Source: Octopus vulgaris
Taxonomy: Eukaryota
Direction of reading: 5' to 3'
DNA length: 64,000 nt
Assembly: GCA_951406725.2 (NCBI GenBank)
Contig: OX597814.1
Span: 64,728,001 to 64,792,000 of the forward strand
How positions within the stretch are numbered: position 1 is the first letter of the stretch; the number at the start of each line of letters is the position of its first letter. The translations under genes and the position numbers were made by a program. This document shows, one piece after another, positions 37,563-52,554 of this stretch. The notes beneath the pieces are model-generated. The model saw only the letters and a program-made list of their open reading frames with translations, was not told the origin of the DNA and searched no databases.

Positions 37563-37874
37563 TGTACGTATATAGGCTAGTGATGACAGTAACCACAAAA
37601 ATGACAATAACATTCTCTGAGCAATATTTGTTTATCTTTACGAGTGGTGTTATTAACATATTAACATTTTTCATTTCGTAAAGGAAGTGAAAAGCCAGTC
37701 GTTTGCCTGATTGTAATTTTATCTTGTATGTTAATTATGGATATTATCGTGAGCCTAGTTTCCTGACTGTAGAAATGACGCTCATGTTAACACTATTAAT
37801 GATTAACTAAGCGTTCATAAAGAAAATCATACATAAAGTATGTGTCTCTGTATGTATGTATATATGTACACACA

Positions 37875-37939
<65 letters not shown>

Positions 37940-38581
37940 GTGCGGTGCCTATAAAAAATAATAGGGCTCATTTCTGTCTCCTTTCAGTAATTTTTAATTT
38001 CTATTCTGCCACAAGCTGCTAATTCTTTTTTATTGATAATTCACGTCATGCATTAACCTCTTCTTGTGAAAAACTTTATTTTATTTCCGAGTTTGTAAGT
38101 AAAAGAATTTATGAAGTATTTGAATATTTCTTCTATCACTTCACTTACGATGGTCCGTTGAATATTTGAAATATCTACACTTCGCTTCTGTACTCATAGT
38201 TCTTCCGTTCACGTTTTTCTTTTATTGTCAAGAAACTCGTATATTCCATAAAATTTGTTTTGCTCTCTTTCCATGTATATTTATAATTCTGTCTTTTAAT
38301 AAATACTGCTCATCCATTTCTCACCGTTTTATAATCGCTTCCTTGCCTATTTGATATCTCTGCACTTATATCTCCTGTTATTTATGACATATTTCATCTC
38401 AGTTACGTTTGTATGATTAAACGAGTGTATCTGAGGCATGTTTACTTCATGGCACCACCATAATCGTTCGTGCATTTCTACTGCTTTTAGTTTTTCCTTC
38501 CTGTTTTTCAGCTACTATTTTCGGAAAGACGTTTTTGCTCTCTCTCCCTCCAATTTCTTCATTTTTCTCTTTTTTTCCGTA

Positions 38582-38712
38582 ACACTAACCCTAAAACTCC
38601 AACCCTAACCCCCAAACCCTAGCCCTAACCATAAAACCCTAACCCTAGCCCTAAACCCCTAACCCTAACCCTAAAATTCTAATCTTAACCCTAAAACCCT
38701 AAAGCTAAAACC
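38582..38712 (+). repeat. Degenerate telomere-like (CCCTAA)n tract within a probable non-autonomous DNA element (~38375-39005)
   Basis: About 20 variant CCCTAA/CCCTAAAA units, flanked by imperfect inverted motifs ttcgtgcatttctactg / cagtacaaacgcacgaa. Confidence 0.75.
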
Positions 38713-39513
38713 AGTACAAACGCACGAATGATGCCATAAATAACAGTGACAAACAAAATATACACCGCCAATAGCTATTGACAAACAACGGCAGTAATTT
38801 TATTCAGCTGAATACACGTCATTGATTGGTTGAAATTACCGAAATACGACAACTTTAACACGAAATAACTTAATATAAACTTTTCTCAACAATACTAAAA
38901 AGTAAAAGATGTTTTATATGACACATTCTACCAGTGTCCGAAGTTTGAAAGTGTTTAGCTACAAAAAATTAATTTCTCGATCTGCCGTTCAACGGGAAAA
39001 GATCCGACTTCTCCTTTCGAGCGAACCCCTGGTTTCGGGCTAGTTCTAAAATCTCCTTAAGAGACCAACGTTGTAGTTGTACTGACATATAATATTCGTA
39101 GCCACTTTAACATGGCTGTCCGAGCAAACGAACTCTACTGAGATTTTCTTGTTGCAAAATCAGCGACTGTGTTCGCTTGAGATATATATATTGCGAGCAG
39201 AAGCGAGCTACTACCATCTCTAGCAGACGAAGTGTCCAGTACTTAGGAGTGGCAGAAATAGACCGAAACCAGAACTGGTCTACTGGTCCCGTCGCTAGAA
39301 GGTGGTAGGGGTTCGCTCCCCAGCTTGCAACTTATCGGATGCAACTGTGCATCGTTAACCAGCTAGTGAAGATGTCCTCTTGGGGTTAAAAATTCGCAGT
39401 AGCGTCCGTTCGAACAAATATCCATGTTAAATTGGTTACGAACATTACTTGCCAGTACAACTACTGCATTGATCTCTTAAGATTTTAGAACTAGCATTTT
39501 GGCTGATATATAT

Positions 39514-39581
<68 letters not shown>

Positions 39582-39617
39582 AGAGAGAGAGACAGACAGA
39601 CAGATAGGCAGACATAT

Positions 39618-39668
<51 letters not shown>

Positions 39669-39682
39669 CACACACATATAAT

Positions 39683-39747
<65 letters not shown>

Positions 39748-41190
39748 CTCAGATAGACTGGTGTTACAAACGGCGACAAGCATAACCGGATATATAGATT
39801 CTAAGGCAGGCGTACATAAAAGTAACGCATGTCGAATTGGGTTTAGTATTTGACACGTGTGCGGTTCGTTAGGTTGGGATACGCACGTGTTTACAGTTTA
39901 GCATGAATAAGAATAAGTTGTCCCCGGAAATGCTACATACTACCCCTGCTTCTGAAGTTAACTAAAAGCCTTTGTGCGCACGGCGGCGGCGGCGAGGCGA
40001 CAGCGGTGGCGGCGGCGGCGGCGGCGGCGGTGGTGGTGATGTTAGTGGTGGTGCTGATGATGGTGGTGGCGATGGTGATGATTGTCAACGTTGTCGTCGC
40101 AATTATCATTACCATCGTTAGGTAGGATACAAGTCACGAGTTATGGGGCTGGAGTTTAGTTAATCACTTCAACTTCATTATTGACCCCACAAGAATAGAA
40201 GACAAAGTTTACCCCGCCAGGATTTGAGCCAGTATTTGTCATGACATAACCTCAGTGATTTGGCACAATCTCTCAACTGATACACTTGGCCTTTGATCTA
40301 TCTGAAATCATATCGCAACAATCAATGTGTTGCTTCTGTTTAATCCTTGATGATAAAAAGCATTCCAGCCATGACTCTCACGTCAGGTTTTCCTGCATGC
40401 AGGTGATTCAGGATAACCATATACAAAGTGTAACTTTCTAAGTCGGAAGAATTTGTTTTTGGGGGATATACCAAATCCTGCTGTGCCTACTAATCATCAT
40501 CGAATCGGTCGTTGTTAACCATTAGAAACATTAGAACCATGTATGGTAATGGACATGCTGAGAGCAAACGATACTTGATGAAGATGAAGATGATGATGTA
40601 TTACTCATATTTATCATTTTCTTGACTCTCCCTATTGATGCAGTGTAATTACCCTGGAAGGATCAAACTATTCTTACAGTTTATCTGGTTATGTTGTATT
40701 TCTCAGTAGTATATAGTTGACGTTGCTTTGGGCCGTGTATGTAGGCTGTTTTTCTTAATAGTAGTTCTTCCTAATTAATTTCCTTTGAGCGATCAAGTTT
40801 CCTTTCTCTTGCCATTGCATTCTGTTTCAGGCTGAAACTGATATTTACAACCTGTACTGCGTGCGGATGGTTTGAAAATGTCTGTTTAGAGCAACAAATT
40901 TTGTTACGTTTATAATTTTTGTTTCTACTGAGAGATGGGTTATACCAGAAGATGTTGCATTTTCTACATGCTCAGCTACACTCGTTTGTGTAAGAAACTT
41001 ATTTATCGAACAAAGCTACACTTACAAATATATTCCCAGCAAGAATATATTTACTTTTATATTTACTTTATGATGGCTGATTTTGGACTAAAAATTATAT
41101 CTTATGTTGATTATGTATAATGAAGCCCCTCTTTTAGTGTGCAAGGAAAGAGTTAAGCATGTGGTATTTAATATTTTGATCGCTATAAAG

Positions 41191-41357
41191 TTAGCACGCC
41201 GGGCAAAAGCGGCATTTCGTTACGTTCTAAGTTGAAATTCAGCCGAGGTAGGCTTCTTCCGGAGTCGATAAAATAAGTACCATTTGAACACTGGGGTCGA
41301 TGTATCGACTTAACCCTTCCACCGAAATTGATGGCCTTGTACAAATATTTGAAAACA
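41191..41357 (+). mobile_element. Meta-like SINE with internal deletions
   Basis: ttagcacgccgggcaaa...gtcgataaaataagtacc...ctggggtcgatgta. Confidence 0.75.
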
Positions 41358-42194
41358 ATATTTCTAGTCTATTTCATTAAGTTGATTGGAACATATTTTG
41401 TTTTCTTCAGAAATCTGAATTCAGCAGTGCGTACATACATACATGCAAACGCACACACACACATATATACACATACACACACACATACTCACGCACGCAC
41501 GCATGCACACACACACACAAACACACACACATGCATTCACCTTTATGCACTTGTGTGTGTGAAATTGCGTGTATGTATATATAAGGGTTATGTTGAGCTA
41601 TAAAACTATCAACAAATCTATATGAATCAATATCAAATAAACAGTCAGGTCCTGTATCTTCTTTTGCCCTTTTCCTCCTCTCCCTTACTCCCTTACTCTC
41701 TCCCTGTCCCTCTTCCACTCTCTGTGTGTCTGTCTGTCAGTCTCTCTCTTTCGCTCTCTCTCTCTCTCTTCATGTACGTACAATATCATACACACATCTA
41801 CATTAACACATATCAGTAAAAAAAAGCACTTGTCAACTACATCAATATTCTTAATTTTCACTTCTTACTGTCGTGTATCTATCATTTCTTTCTGACGCAT
41901 AATTAATGTTGAAAGCGTGGAAAATGAAAGCAGAAGCTTTATGCAGAAATATTTTTTCTGAAAAAGTAGCTTAAATTTAAAAAAAAATATATATTTCATG
42001 TAAAATATCCGCGAAAATAATTTAAAAGAAGTATATCTATAAACAATAAAAGCACCACAAAAATATATACGCAAAATATTCGATTCATAAACAAATCAAT
42101 ACTCACTACATTGTAAGTGCCAAATTTCTAAGTTTGCTTTACTTGAAAGTTGCCAGAATTTCCCTTTATACATACATACATATATATATATATA

Positions 42195-42250
<56 letters not shown>

Positions 42251-43148
42251 ACATATATGTAATACATCTATATATATTTATACACACACACGCGCACACA
42301 TGCACATACATACACGTATATATAGAAACATTTATATATATATATATATCCTTTTTCAGATATGTTTTGGATAATTTTCGCATTTTCCTTTTTTTTTTTT
42401 GTGTGAAACTTTAAATAATTTCGCTTCAGTATTTACAAGCACATACACAAATACACTTACACACATGCACATAAAAACGCGCGCGTGCCCATACACACAC
42501 ACGTACAGACGTGCATGCATACATATATATACTCGACAGTGTGTAAGGGAGTACATATACACATACACCCACGATGTAATGCTAATAAATACAAGGGTTT
42601 GGTTATGCATAGACATACTGAAACATCCGACACACTCACATGCATGTTTTCGTATTTATCAATAAATGTGTGTGTGCGTGTGTGTGTGTGTATTTGGGTG
42701 TGTGGGAGTGTATGTGCATATCCACACACGCACACGCGCGCGCACGTGTATGTGCATGCAAGCTATGTGTATATTGAACGTGTGTAAAAAATAATTCGAA
42801 CTCGCTATTTTTCTGCAGTGTCATAGAGATAATATTTTTTTTATTTACTACTTGTTTCATTTACTGTTTCAAGTCTTTTAATTTTTTTCATTAATTATGG
42901 TCTTTTCTGACTCATGACGTGTCGTGAAAATTTATACACCTGCCGGTGTTTGGTATTTGAGCATGCACATAAAATATCTCCACACAAAGGAGAAAAAAAC
43001 ACATACAAATGCAACTGCACACAATCTTCACATGCACTGAGAGAGGAAACACAGAAAAGGAACGTCTAGTCAAATCAGCAGCGTTGACGGACATATTACA
43101 CATATCATACACAGCACATGTACATACACGCACGGCTGCACACACACA

Positions 43149-43201
<53 letters not shown>

Positions 43202-43939
43202 GCTAATATTTAGGCTTGGGGTTAATGACTAATATCCGTCTTTGCCGGGTTATGAAAGACTTGGATTTATGCTTTCGTTGGCAGAGAAAAGGGTTATATT
43301 AACGTCTCTCTTCACCCGGACACCAATATAAACTATAAAGTGATATTTTCAGACCCTACTCTCGGGAGAGCTGATATGTTCTTGGAGACTGATAGACCGC
43401 AACATAAATATAAACGATAGAGCTTCTACCATCGGTATTACTCATTACTTCAATCTGAGTGTTTATCAATAGGTTTTGACTCCCATTTGTTACATATTGA
43501 TTAGTAAAAGATGCAGTGAGAAATGGACAGCATTATGAGTACTCAATGAAGTACAATTAACATGGAACATATAAAAAAGAAAAAAAATATCAAAAAGTTA
43601 AAAATATATTTTTACAAACAAAATGATAGTCCAATAAAATACTAAGGGATAGTGAAATATAACATGATTGAATCATGCGGAAGCAATGTTGTTATTCTTG
43701 GTAAGAACCGAAGACAACGGCAGCATGAAGCTTGAGAACATCGTAGAAAATTCCTATTGGATATTTCTTGTCCGGCTGTGGTTCCTTTCCAGAATGTATC
43801 AAGGACACTCTCGATGATCCACTTTCCAACGAGACTACATCAAAACTTACACTTTTATTAATTAATGAGTATCTACGATGTTATTTCTAAATATACATAT
43901 CCATAAAATTGGTTAGTTTCCTGGATGTGATGTTAAACT

Positions 43940-44470
43940 TAGGAAACCGAATGAGATGCCTTTGCATACACGCGTCATGAACATTAACTTATACACACCG
44001 TGCCAAGTTTGAAATTCGTTTTAGAACAGAAATCCAATACAGCATCTTTCAATATGTAATGATAATTTTGTGAGGATTCATTCAAATTCATTAAAATAAA
44101 CATAACAAAGAAACTATATCTAAACAAGAACAATGTTTTTATGACAATCAAGAAGTGAGCAGTATTCCTGAAATTTTTCAGAATCTTAGAGAATGAGAGA
44201 ATGAAGAAGGACGGAATTATCTTCATACTTGAGATATCATTCGAAAGCTTGCAACATACTGGATTGGGTTAAAAGTATCCAAGTGTCATTTGATGTTAAA
44301 AAAGGTGATGTCAACTAACTTTTCCAGGTGAACAAACACTTGGATAGCCTTCTATATAACTTATAACACCTAAATTTGACACGCAAGTCTTTGAGTGACT
44401 CGAGGTTATAGTAATAAACACGCTCCAGCATGCGGCGTAACAGGTTTGTTTATTGAAAAAGTTATCCCAC
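43940..44470 (+). pseudogene. Highly decayed Gypsy-like reverse transcriptase remnant
   Basis: Short frames VSSIPEIFQ and LQHTGLG/LKVSKCHLMLKKV resemble Gypsy RT motifs GxxSAPExFQ and LxxxGLxLxxxKCxF. Many stops. Confidence 0.4.
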
Positions 44471-45439
44471 AAATAAATATTCATCATTCTACAGAATGAT
44501 AGTTTGTTAGCGGGAGCCAGTATTTCATTAGAGGAATTGAATGTAGTGCTCTAACTAACAAATGAACATATTTCATTGTCTTGAAATCTATAATCAAAAT
44601 CTGAATAATTATCAATTTTCGCAAATTCTGTCTTATCATACTGTAATTTAAAGGTATAACAATGCTAAATGTAAAATATATTTGATTCTCTGTCGTCAAA
44701 AACACCAGTTTCACTTCGATCTAAGGTTTGCTTATTAAATTTATATTAGATCTTTCCTTGGATTCTTACTCGTACGTATTTCGACAAAATGTTTGCAAAA
44801 TATTGTAGAAAATAAATTCTAATGATTCTGAGATGTATTAGAATATACCCTCATGTTCTCAATTTAAATATTTCTGGACTGAAATTTCATGGACAGTCCT
44901 CAACGGAGTACTTTTTCTGCTTTCCTTCTGAAAGCTAACATTGAATGATATCGCGAATATACAGCAGAAGCTATCCTTTGTTTGGATTTTAACTGATGTA
45001 CCTTACACTCATAAAATCTTTCGCAATATTCAGTAGAATTTATAATCATAAGTATTTTTAAGACTGTCTTAAAATTTGATAAAGTAGCAAGTTTTCATTA
45101 TATTTATTATCTTTCTAAAGTTGACTTCCAGTCTACTTTATTTTTTACAGTTATTAGCATCTATATGTGCAATATAATTTATATAGGAAAATTATAATGT
45201 TTATTATATTTTATTTATAGCTGTTTTATTCTTTACGTATTGGCCAACCTATTGCTTTCCAATGCTTACTCACCATATTTAGTAAGCTGTTAGTTGGGAT
45301 TGCTGTGACGGAGGGTTACTGAGAAATAAACATCCATGTTGAAAGGATTATTTTTTCTAAGTATGCATGGGCTGAGATCTCTGAGTTTGTTGACTTTGGT
45401 GATGCTTTCAACACGTCATGGAAAAATTTGAAATAATGG

Positions 45440-46000
45440 CTTAAGAATATTAGACAGAAACGAGGCAGGAAGCAAAAATACCAACTCTATAGAATTCCGA
45501 AAAATGCTGATGGAGAATGATTATTCATACACTTTTACTAGACGCCAGGACATCACCAGAACACGTAGCACAACCCACACATCCAAGGATAGCATGCGTT
45601 TTCTGAAACTGCTACATTTTAAGGAAAGAAAAAACAACTGCAATTCATCGTAAGGAGAGATTGAGTATATGACTGACTCACTCTGAGCCTTCTCTGAGGA
45701 GCGACCGGACTAAAAACAAGCCAAGGCATAACAACACCTTATGTACATTGCCCTACTGCCCGAATAAAGGTGAAAGTGTCTGCGGCTCTATGCATTGTAT
45801 AAAATCATATGTAATAAATGTAAAGAATTCTTAATCGGAAGTATCATCAGAGAAGTTCACATACGGGCTAAAGAACATTTCTATGCAACTACATCTTCCG
45901 TCCAAAAACACCTACAGATATGCCGACTCATGACATCCAAGCTCTTTGAATTATCAATTAATAACAGAATGAAATTGCAAGTGCTGGTTAGATACTAAAG
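45440..46000 (+). pseudogene. Decayed Penelope-like linker plus GIY-YIG fragment
   Basis: LCTLPYCPNKGESVC then YKIICNKCKEFLIGSIIREVHIRAKEH...SSVQKHLQIC (xYxIxCxxCxxxYIGxTxRxxxxRxxEH pattern). Confidence 0.7.
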
Positions 46001-46888
46001 TAACACAAAACAACCCTTCATACACACACACTACAGAGCTAAGATACCAACTTTCAACACCCTTTCTCTCAAAATTTCCTAAAAAAGGGGCCCCAAGCTT
46101 GAAATATTGAAATATCAGGTGGTACTACTAACCATCGCCCTGTATCATTAATTTTAATTACTTACATTGTTTTGGCTTTAAAAAATATTTAATACACTTA
46201 CACACACAAATACAGTGCATAGTAAATGAGAGTCTTTGAGACTGTCACAACCCAGAAGACTAAAGAAGCTCTGAGATTCCTTGGTTTTCACAGAAAAAGT
46301 AAACTGATGAGATATATTTTTGCAATTAAAACATACAACCTTTTCAAAAGTAATGATTTCCCAGTTGAATAGAAAAATAAGACGACTTAATAATACTCTA
46401 AATCTCCAGATGACTCAGTTGTTCTTTACCATGGCTGGCGTTGCTACATTAATTTAACTAAGTACTGACTGAACTGTTGGATTTTGATAAGTCATTTGTT
46501 TTGTCTGTGACCAGTTTTTATGGTTGACAACATCTTTCACTGTTCTAATTTCTTTATGAATAATTCGTCCCAGTTTTTTTTTCTCGTTCAACTGACAAAT
46601 TTTTTAGCACTTTAATTACTGAGACAGTTTGAAGACATTGATTTCTTACCTATCATCAAACCAAAAATTTGGGAGGAGAGAACAGTCGTTTATATCGATT
46701 CCAGTATACGGATGGTACTTATTTTATCGAACATCACCTCTAAGAATAAAATACCAAATTGACCTCGGCGTCATTGATCATACCTGTCTGAACTCGTATT
46801 TGAAATACCACTTGCTCACCGAATGCTCTTATATAGATGCACGATGGTTGTCATATTTGCCTTTCATCTAGCTAATTCCTTCCTCAGA

Positions 46889-47120
46889 GTGAAGGCGCGT
46901 GGACTAGTGTTTAGAGTGTTGTACTTACGATCGCATGATCGTGGTTTCGATTCCTTGGGTTGGGTAGGTGTTGTGTTCTTGTTCAAAACGCTTCATTATT
47001 CATTGTTTCAGTCTCTTCAAATGAGTTCTGTCTCGTTGAGAGGGAATGTTGTGATCTCAGTCTCTTACTGCCATGGAAACCGAGTAACCGGTCCTATGAG
47101 TCCCAAAACTCGAGACAGTA
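46889..47120 (+). mobile_element. tRNA-derived SINE, degraded, with poly(A)
   Basis: Head gtgaaggcgcgtggactagtgtttag...ggtttcgattcc similar to the head of 19993-20305; A18 tail. Confidence 0.6.
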
Positions 47121-47763
47121 AAAAAAAAAAAAAAAAACTACTTTTCGTATTTTCATACGATCTTGGAGTCAGTGTTAGATGTTCTTTTTTCAGTTCACGA
47201 ATATGGTTAGGTAAATATATTAAACATTTCCTTGTCTTAAATTGTAGATATACAAGATCGTTATTGCACGGAAGTTTTTACTTTCTTCACACAAGTTTTG
47301 CCTGTCCCTTCGCAGCACTGTAAACTAATGGAGTGGTTACAATCATGACAGACTGATTAAGTATATATGTCTAACATTTTCTTGTTGCATAAAAACAATT
47401 ATCACTAAAGAAGAACAATATCGTACGACGGTTTTTATTTCTTACCAATGTTTTTATTTCACACTGTTCCTTAAAAACCTTGTTTAAAACTTCCATCTGA
47501 AATCTGATACCATATTTCTTCCGATAAGTTTCTTACTAACAATATATACCAGCAGAATTCCATGTTATTCTGTCTTTGTGTATTTTTCCATTACGCTCCT
47601 GTTTAAACATGACTGTTAAATGGCTATCACATACATACATAATCACATACATATATAATCACATGCATACATAATATTCCAAATACTGTTATTTTCCTCT
47701 TTAATTTTAAATACACCTTTAATTCCTTGTTTTCATTTATTTAGTGAGCTTGTATATTTCGTT

Positions 47764-47918
<155 letters not shown>

Positions 47919-49184
47919 ATATAGGAGTGTTAAATATCAGAAATAATACAGTGATGGACTAGCTACCTTTCAGTATTTATATTTAGTTATGCTTTAATGA
48001 GCAAGTCCTGCGATCAAAGATTCGATGTTTGTTGATTACCTTGATGAACTGCAGATCAGCGCTTATCGAAGAAACCGCTGGGTGAAAATATTCTAACCAT
48101 GACCACCAATTTGTTTGAAGCGTATCTAAGACGATATTATACATGTGCTTGACAGTTCATTGTATTTTGAGAGGAATTGACTATTACTTTCAGTAAGTCA
48201 AGCAACCATGTTGAGACTCTTCCGTTTGCTATTTTTTGTCGTTAAGTGCGAAGCAAAAGCATTATTCAGTTCTAAGTTCATAACCCACTGACACTGTTAT
48301 TGTTTTTTACCCCTTGGTGTCAATAAAATATATTCTATATCTCAGTGTTATGGTCGATTTCAATCCTTATATTAATCTTCCAAAATGTGTTGACTTGCAT
48401 GCTTATTTCTTTGGCAAACACTATTAAAAGGAAACTGAATAGCATTTATCTCAGAAACTTTTGCGAAGATCTTCTATCATTGTCCTCACAACTAGACTAT
48501 AAAATAATTCTAAAATCTATAGATTGGCCAAATTGATAGAGTAACAGACAAACTATCCCGCGGGATTCAGTTACTTCCCTTTACGTTTCCAAATTCAAAT
48601 ATCCACGGAGGTCAGTTTAACGTTTCGTCCTTCCAGTGCTGATGAAGTAAATACTAATCAAATATTTACAGAACCCTTCTACCAAAACCCCAGCCATGTG
48701 TCTACTTTAAAAATCAATATTCTTTGGCTTCTCATTTGTTTTCTTTTTACATTTACATAACTCTGCAACAGATGTTTTGATTTTGTATTTTACTCTATTC
48801 GTTGTTTCAGCTTGAATACTTAATTTTCACTTTGCAGATGTGGTTGTTCTTGTTTAATTCAAACCCAGGTTTTAATCAGTTAAAGAAATGATCAAAGGAA
48901 ATTCAGCTGTGACCATCCCGGCTTTTTAGGTGTATATAATTCATAATTATCTTCTTTGTACATTTCTGTTTTAAGACACGTACGCATAGAAAATGCTGCT
49001 ACATCTAACAGTGACCAGATATAGAAGCTCCCTGTTCTGCATTTTTTATAGTAATTGTAGTTGATGGTTGGCTTCAGACAAGATCTAAGCGAACAGATTC
49101 CAATCGAAATCAGTCATCTGAATCTAAGACCACATCACCCTTTGTGTTATTCTCTTTCTTTAATGAAAGAAGTGTGGGGTACAA

Positions 49185-49416
49185 AGGCGGTGAGCTGGCA
49201 GAAACGTTAGCGCGGGCGAAATGCTTAGCGGGATTTCGTCTGAGTTGCGTTACGTTCTAAGTTCAAATTCCGCCGAGGTAGACTTTGTCTTTCATCCTTT
49301 CGGAGGTGATAAATTAAGTACCAGTTACGCACTGGGGTTGATCTAATCGGCTCAATCCCTTTGTCTGTCCTTGTTTGTCACCTCTATGTTTAGCCCCATA
49401 TGGGCAATAAAGAAAT
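49185..49416 (+). mobile_element. Meta-like tRNA SINE with 18-bp target-site duplication
   Basis: Full copy flanked by aagaagtgtggggtacaa at 49167-49184 and 49417-49434. Confidence 0.92.
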
Positions 49417-50056
49417 AAGAAGTGTGGGGTACAAGGAAGATTTCTTATTCATTTCTAACAGATCGAGCGTCCTCGTTGAATGCCTTGGTTTGTAGATGTT
49501 GAATGTTGTTATAATGCTGTTTCGAATATCATATAAGTAAGTATAAAGGCTAAGAATAAAAGGACATTTTGAGTAGAAAGAGAAAATGTATAGAGAAAGG
49601 CTGGGAAAGGAGGAGTGGCGAGAATAGAAAGAGTAAAATATAAAGTATGAATTTATTAGTATAGGTTGAGAGAAATAAACAGAGGGCGCGCGCGAACGAG
49701 AGAGAGAAAATAAGTCAAAGTGTATGTTTGCGTGTGTATGAATGAGTACACGTTTGAACGTATGCCTATTGTGTGCTTATATGTGTCGATGTGAATGTTA
49801 TGCCAGTGAATATACGTATATATGTGAATGATAATTTGTGCGTAAATGTGTGTGCGTGTATGTGTGTGTGCGTATTTGCGTGTATGTGTGTGTGTGTGCG
49901 TGTATGAGTTTGTATATAGCGAATTTGGGAGTTCGTTCTGGACTACCGACCATGCATAACTCAACTTGTACATTTTCTTTTAACTTAGTATAAGAAGGCA
50001 CATCTGGTTGAGCCATACACGCACGCTTACACACACACACAGATACACACACATAC

Positions 50057-50123
<67 letters not shown>

Positions 50124-50162
50124 ACTAACTCTCTACCTTTCTTTCCCCCCCTCTCCCCCCCC

Positions 50163-50213
<51 letters not shown>

Positions 50214-50589
50214 TGAAAAAAAATACCTTCAAGTTTGTGCCTTGGTTTAATATTAACACTGCCGCTTTTGAACAAAGAGGAAATATTAGCTGAACAGTTT
50301 GATTCCGGGACCAGAAAGATTTGTAAGACTATGATGGCAGGTATTTGTTTGATCACGGATTGCTAGATGTCAAAAACGATAACAAATACAGTTTGAAGAT
50401 ATAGCGAGACCATTTCCAAAGAGACAACTGGATTAGATAAAAAAAATGGATCAATTTAACTTCATAAAAATGTCATATTCTGGAAATTTAAGAAGTTCCA
50501 GTCATTTCAAGAGCAACCTAGGTATCTCCACTAATTGAAACTAAATTCACACCGCTTATGATTAAACCGAAAATCTTTATATCTTAAAA

Positions 50590-50899
50590 CAAGGTTTCTC
50601 AACCAATTTTTCATCTATGGACCCCTTTCATTGCTTCTGTATGCTGGCGCATCTCCATAGTTATTCGTTGTTTAAAAATTAACTTTATAGAAACTTTTTT
50701 CCAAATTCCTATTTTGTTTCTCATACAAGTTGAACTAAGTAAAATACGAATAAATACCAATACATAAATCTATGGAAAATCTTGCCAGGGACCTTTAAAG
50801 TACTATAGTGGAGCCCCAATTTACTAATTTGTTGCGTGGACTTCAAAAAGTCTTGTATGGCTCCTCAGGTGTGATATGGACACCGGTTGAAAACCACTG
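50590..50899 (-). mobile_element. hAT (Charlie-like) MITE
   Basis: Ends caaggtttctcaacc...ggttgaaaaccactg; reverse-complement relative of 53786-54037. Confidence 0.65.
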
Positions 50900-51582
50900 C
50901 CTAAAAGTCACTTATCCAAAACTATCACCGGTTTAATATTCATATTTTAACACGTATGACCAAATCGATCTAGAAGCAAAGAATTGATGCTGCTCTTAAA
51001 TTAGATTATACAGTAGAAACCTTAACTCTATGGAAATTTGATTACACATCTAAAAATCATTCAATGTAAATTAACCAACCGCGTCATAGTAGAATTAAGC
51101 ATAATCTGTAGTAATATACTTTGTCCATTTATTCATAGGACTAGTAAAGTTGCACATCACCCTCTGCGGCATAATTGCTTCTTAGTAATATAATGATCTA
51201 GAAATATCCACAATTAATCAAATTGTTTGTTTACTTAGTTTGATATGGTGGATTTCTATCTTTCTATCACTAAGCCACCTCTTCTAAAAAATGCGTTTTT
51301 CATTAATACGATCTTATGCTTTCTTCCCTTGTGTTGTATGAGGTACGTTGCAAACTATACTGTTATGGATTGATAGAACCATTGTATATACAGTTAAAAT
51401 TATATGATACTTCCAGGCAATCTTTCTTTGTTTCATACTTTTAATTAACCTCTTCCTTTCTGTTTTAAGCACAGCAAAAACGGCACACATTGTTATATGT
51501 GTGTGCGTTTATCTAAAGGATATCCGTCAGTCAAGGACGAACATTTGTTTGCAACTAATCACGATTCAGCCAGCTTGCCGCC

Positions 51583-51622
<40 letters not shown>

Positions 51623-51623
<1 letters not shown>

Positions 51624-52550
51624 TGAGAAATCGCAATTGACATGAGAGTAGAGCAAGTCCAAAAACTATTCTGCTCTGGACAGCTAGGATTTTGAGATCG
51701 GTATTTGTATGTTGAATGTCTTTCACAATAATTAACAACAAATTATCAAAGCTTATAATGTACAGAAAGAAATTTTGTGAGGCCTCTGACAACAAGCTGC
51801 TGTCCGCTCTCATAGAATCAAACAAAGCCAACAAGATCGAGTGTTCTACCATACAGGTTTAACGCACCTCTGCAGAATATTTGGGAAGAGAGTCGAAAGC
51901 GTGATTCACATTGTCAGTGCTTTTGAAAGTCATGGGCAGAAAGAGTTCAAGCGTAGACACGTCAAGGTAGCCCAAAACCTCCACTGGCTACTATGCCGCA
52001 AGTAAGGATATGAGGTTAGGGGTGCTTGGTACCAACATACACCGGAAAAGGTAATGGACGAAAAGAGGAAGGCAAAAAACCTCTGGGACTTTGACTTCCA
52101 GAGTATTAGAGCCCTGAAAGCCGGATATTGTAACGTTTAGCGGGGACAAACAAGCGTGCCTAATAATTGATGTGGCAGTACCAGGGGATCAACATATCAT
52201 CATGAAAGAAAGAGAAAAAGTTGATAGATATGGAGATCTGAGAAGTGGGATCACTGAGATGTGGCAGCTACGAGAGTCAAATATAAAGGTTATCCCTATT
52301 GTTATCGGAGCATTGGGTTCAACACCACTCAATCTGAAAAAAAAACATCTGAAAATTTTAGAAATACCCTACAATCTAGGTGTATTGCAAAAGTCGGTAT
52401 TACTTGGAACTGCACGCATATTGCATAAAGTACTGTCTGTCTGAGGTCCTTGTTGTGACTTGACAAACAGTACAAAACCCTCGGTAGACAATATCTTCAA
52501 TCAACAACCTCATGATATTGTATATTGTGCGACGTCTACTATGATAATAA
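51623..52550 (+). mobile_element. R4/Dong-clade non-LTR retrotransposon 3' fragment(s) with restriction-like endonuclease, next to (TAA)n
   Basis: KRRHVKVAQNLHWLLC, WYQHTPEKV, LWDFDFQ, PDIV...CLIIDVAVPGD..KEREKVDRYGDL...VIPIVIGALG...LQKSVLLGTARIL. Preceded by a (TAA)n run at 51583-51622. Confidence 0.85.
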
Positions 52551-52554
52551 TTAT

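Noticed and set aside
39020-39320. 12-bp inverted repeat gagcgaacccct/aggggttcgctc suggesting a MITE
   Set aside because: Single copy in the window with no TSD identified; cannot be classified.
40831-40915. Plus-strand exon after ttctgtttcag
   Set aside because: All frames close within 30 codons and no homology is recognised; not supportable.
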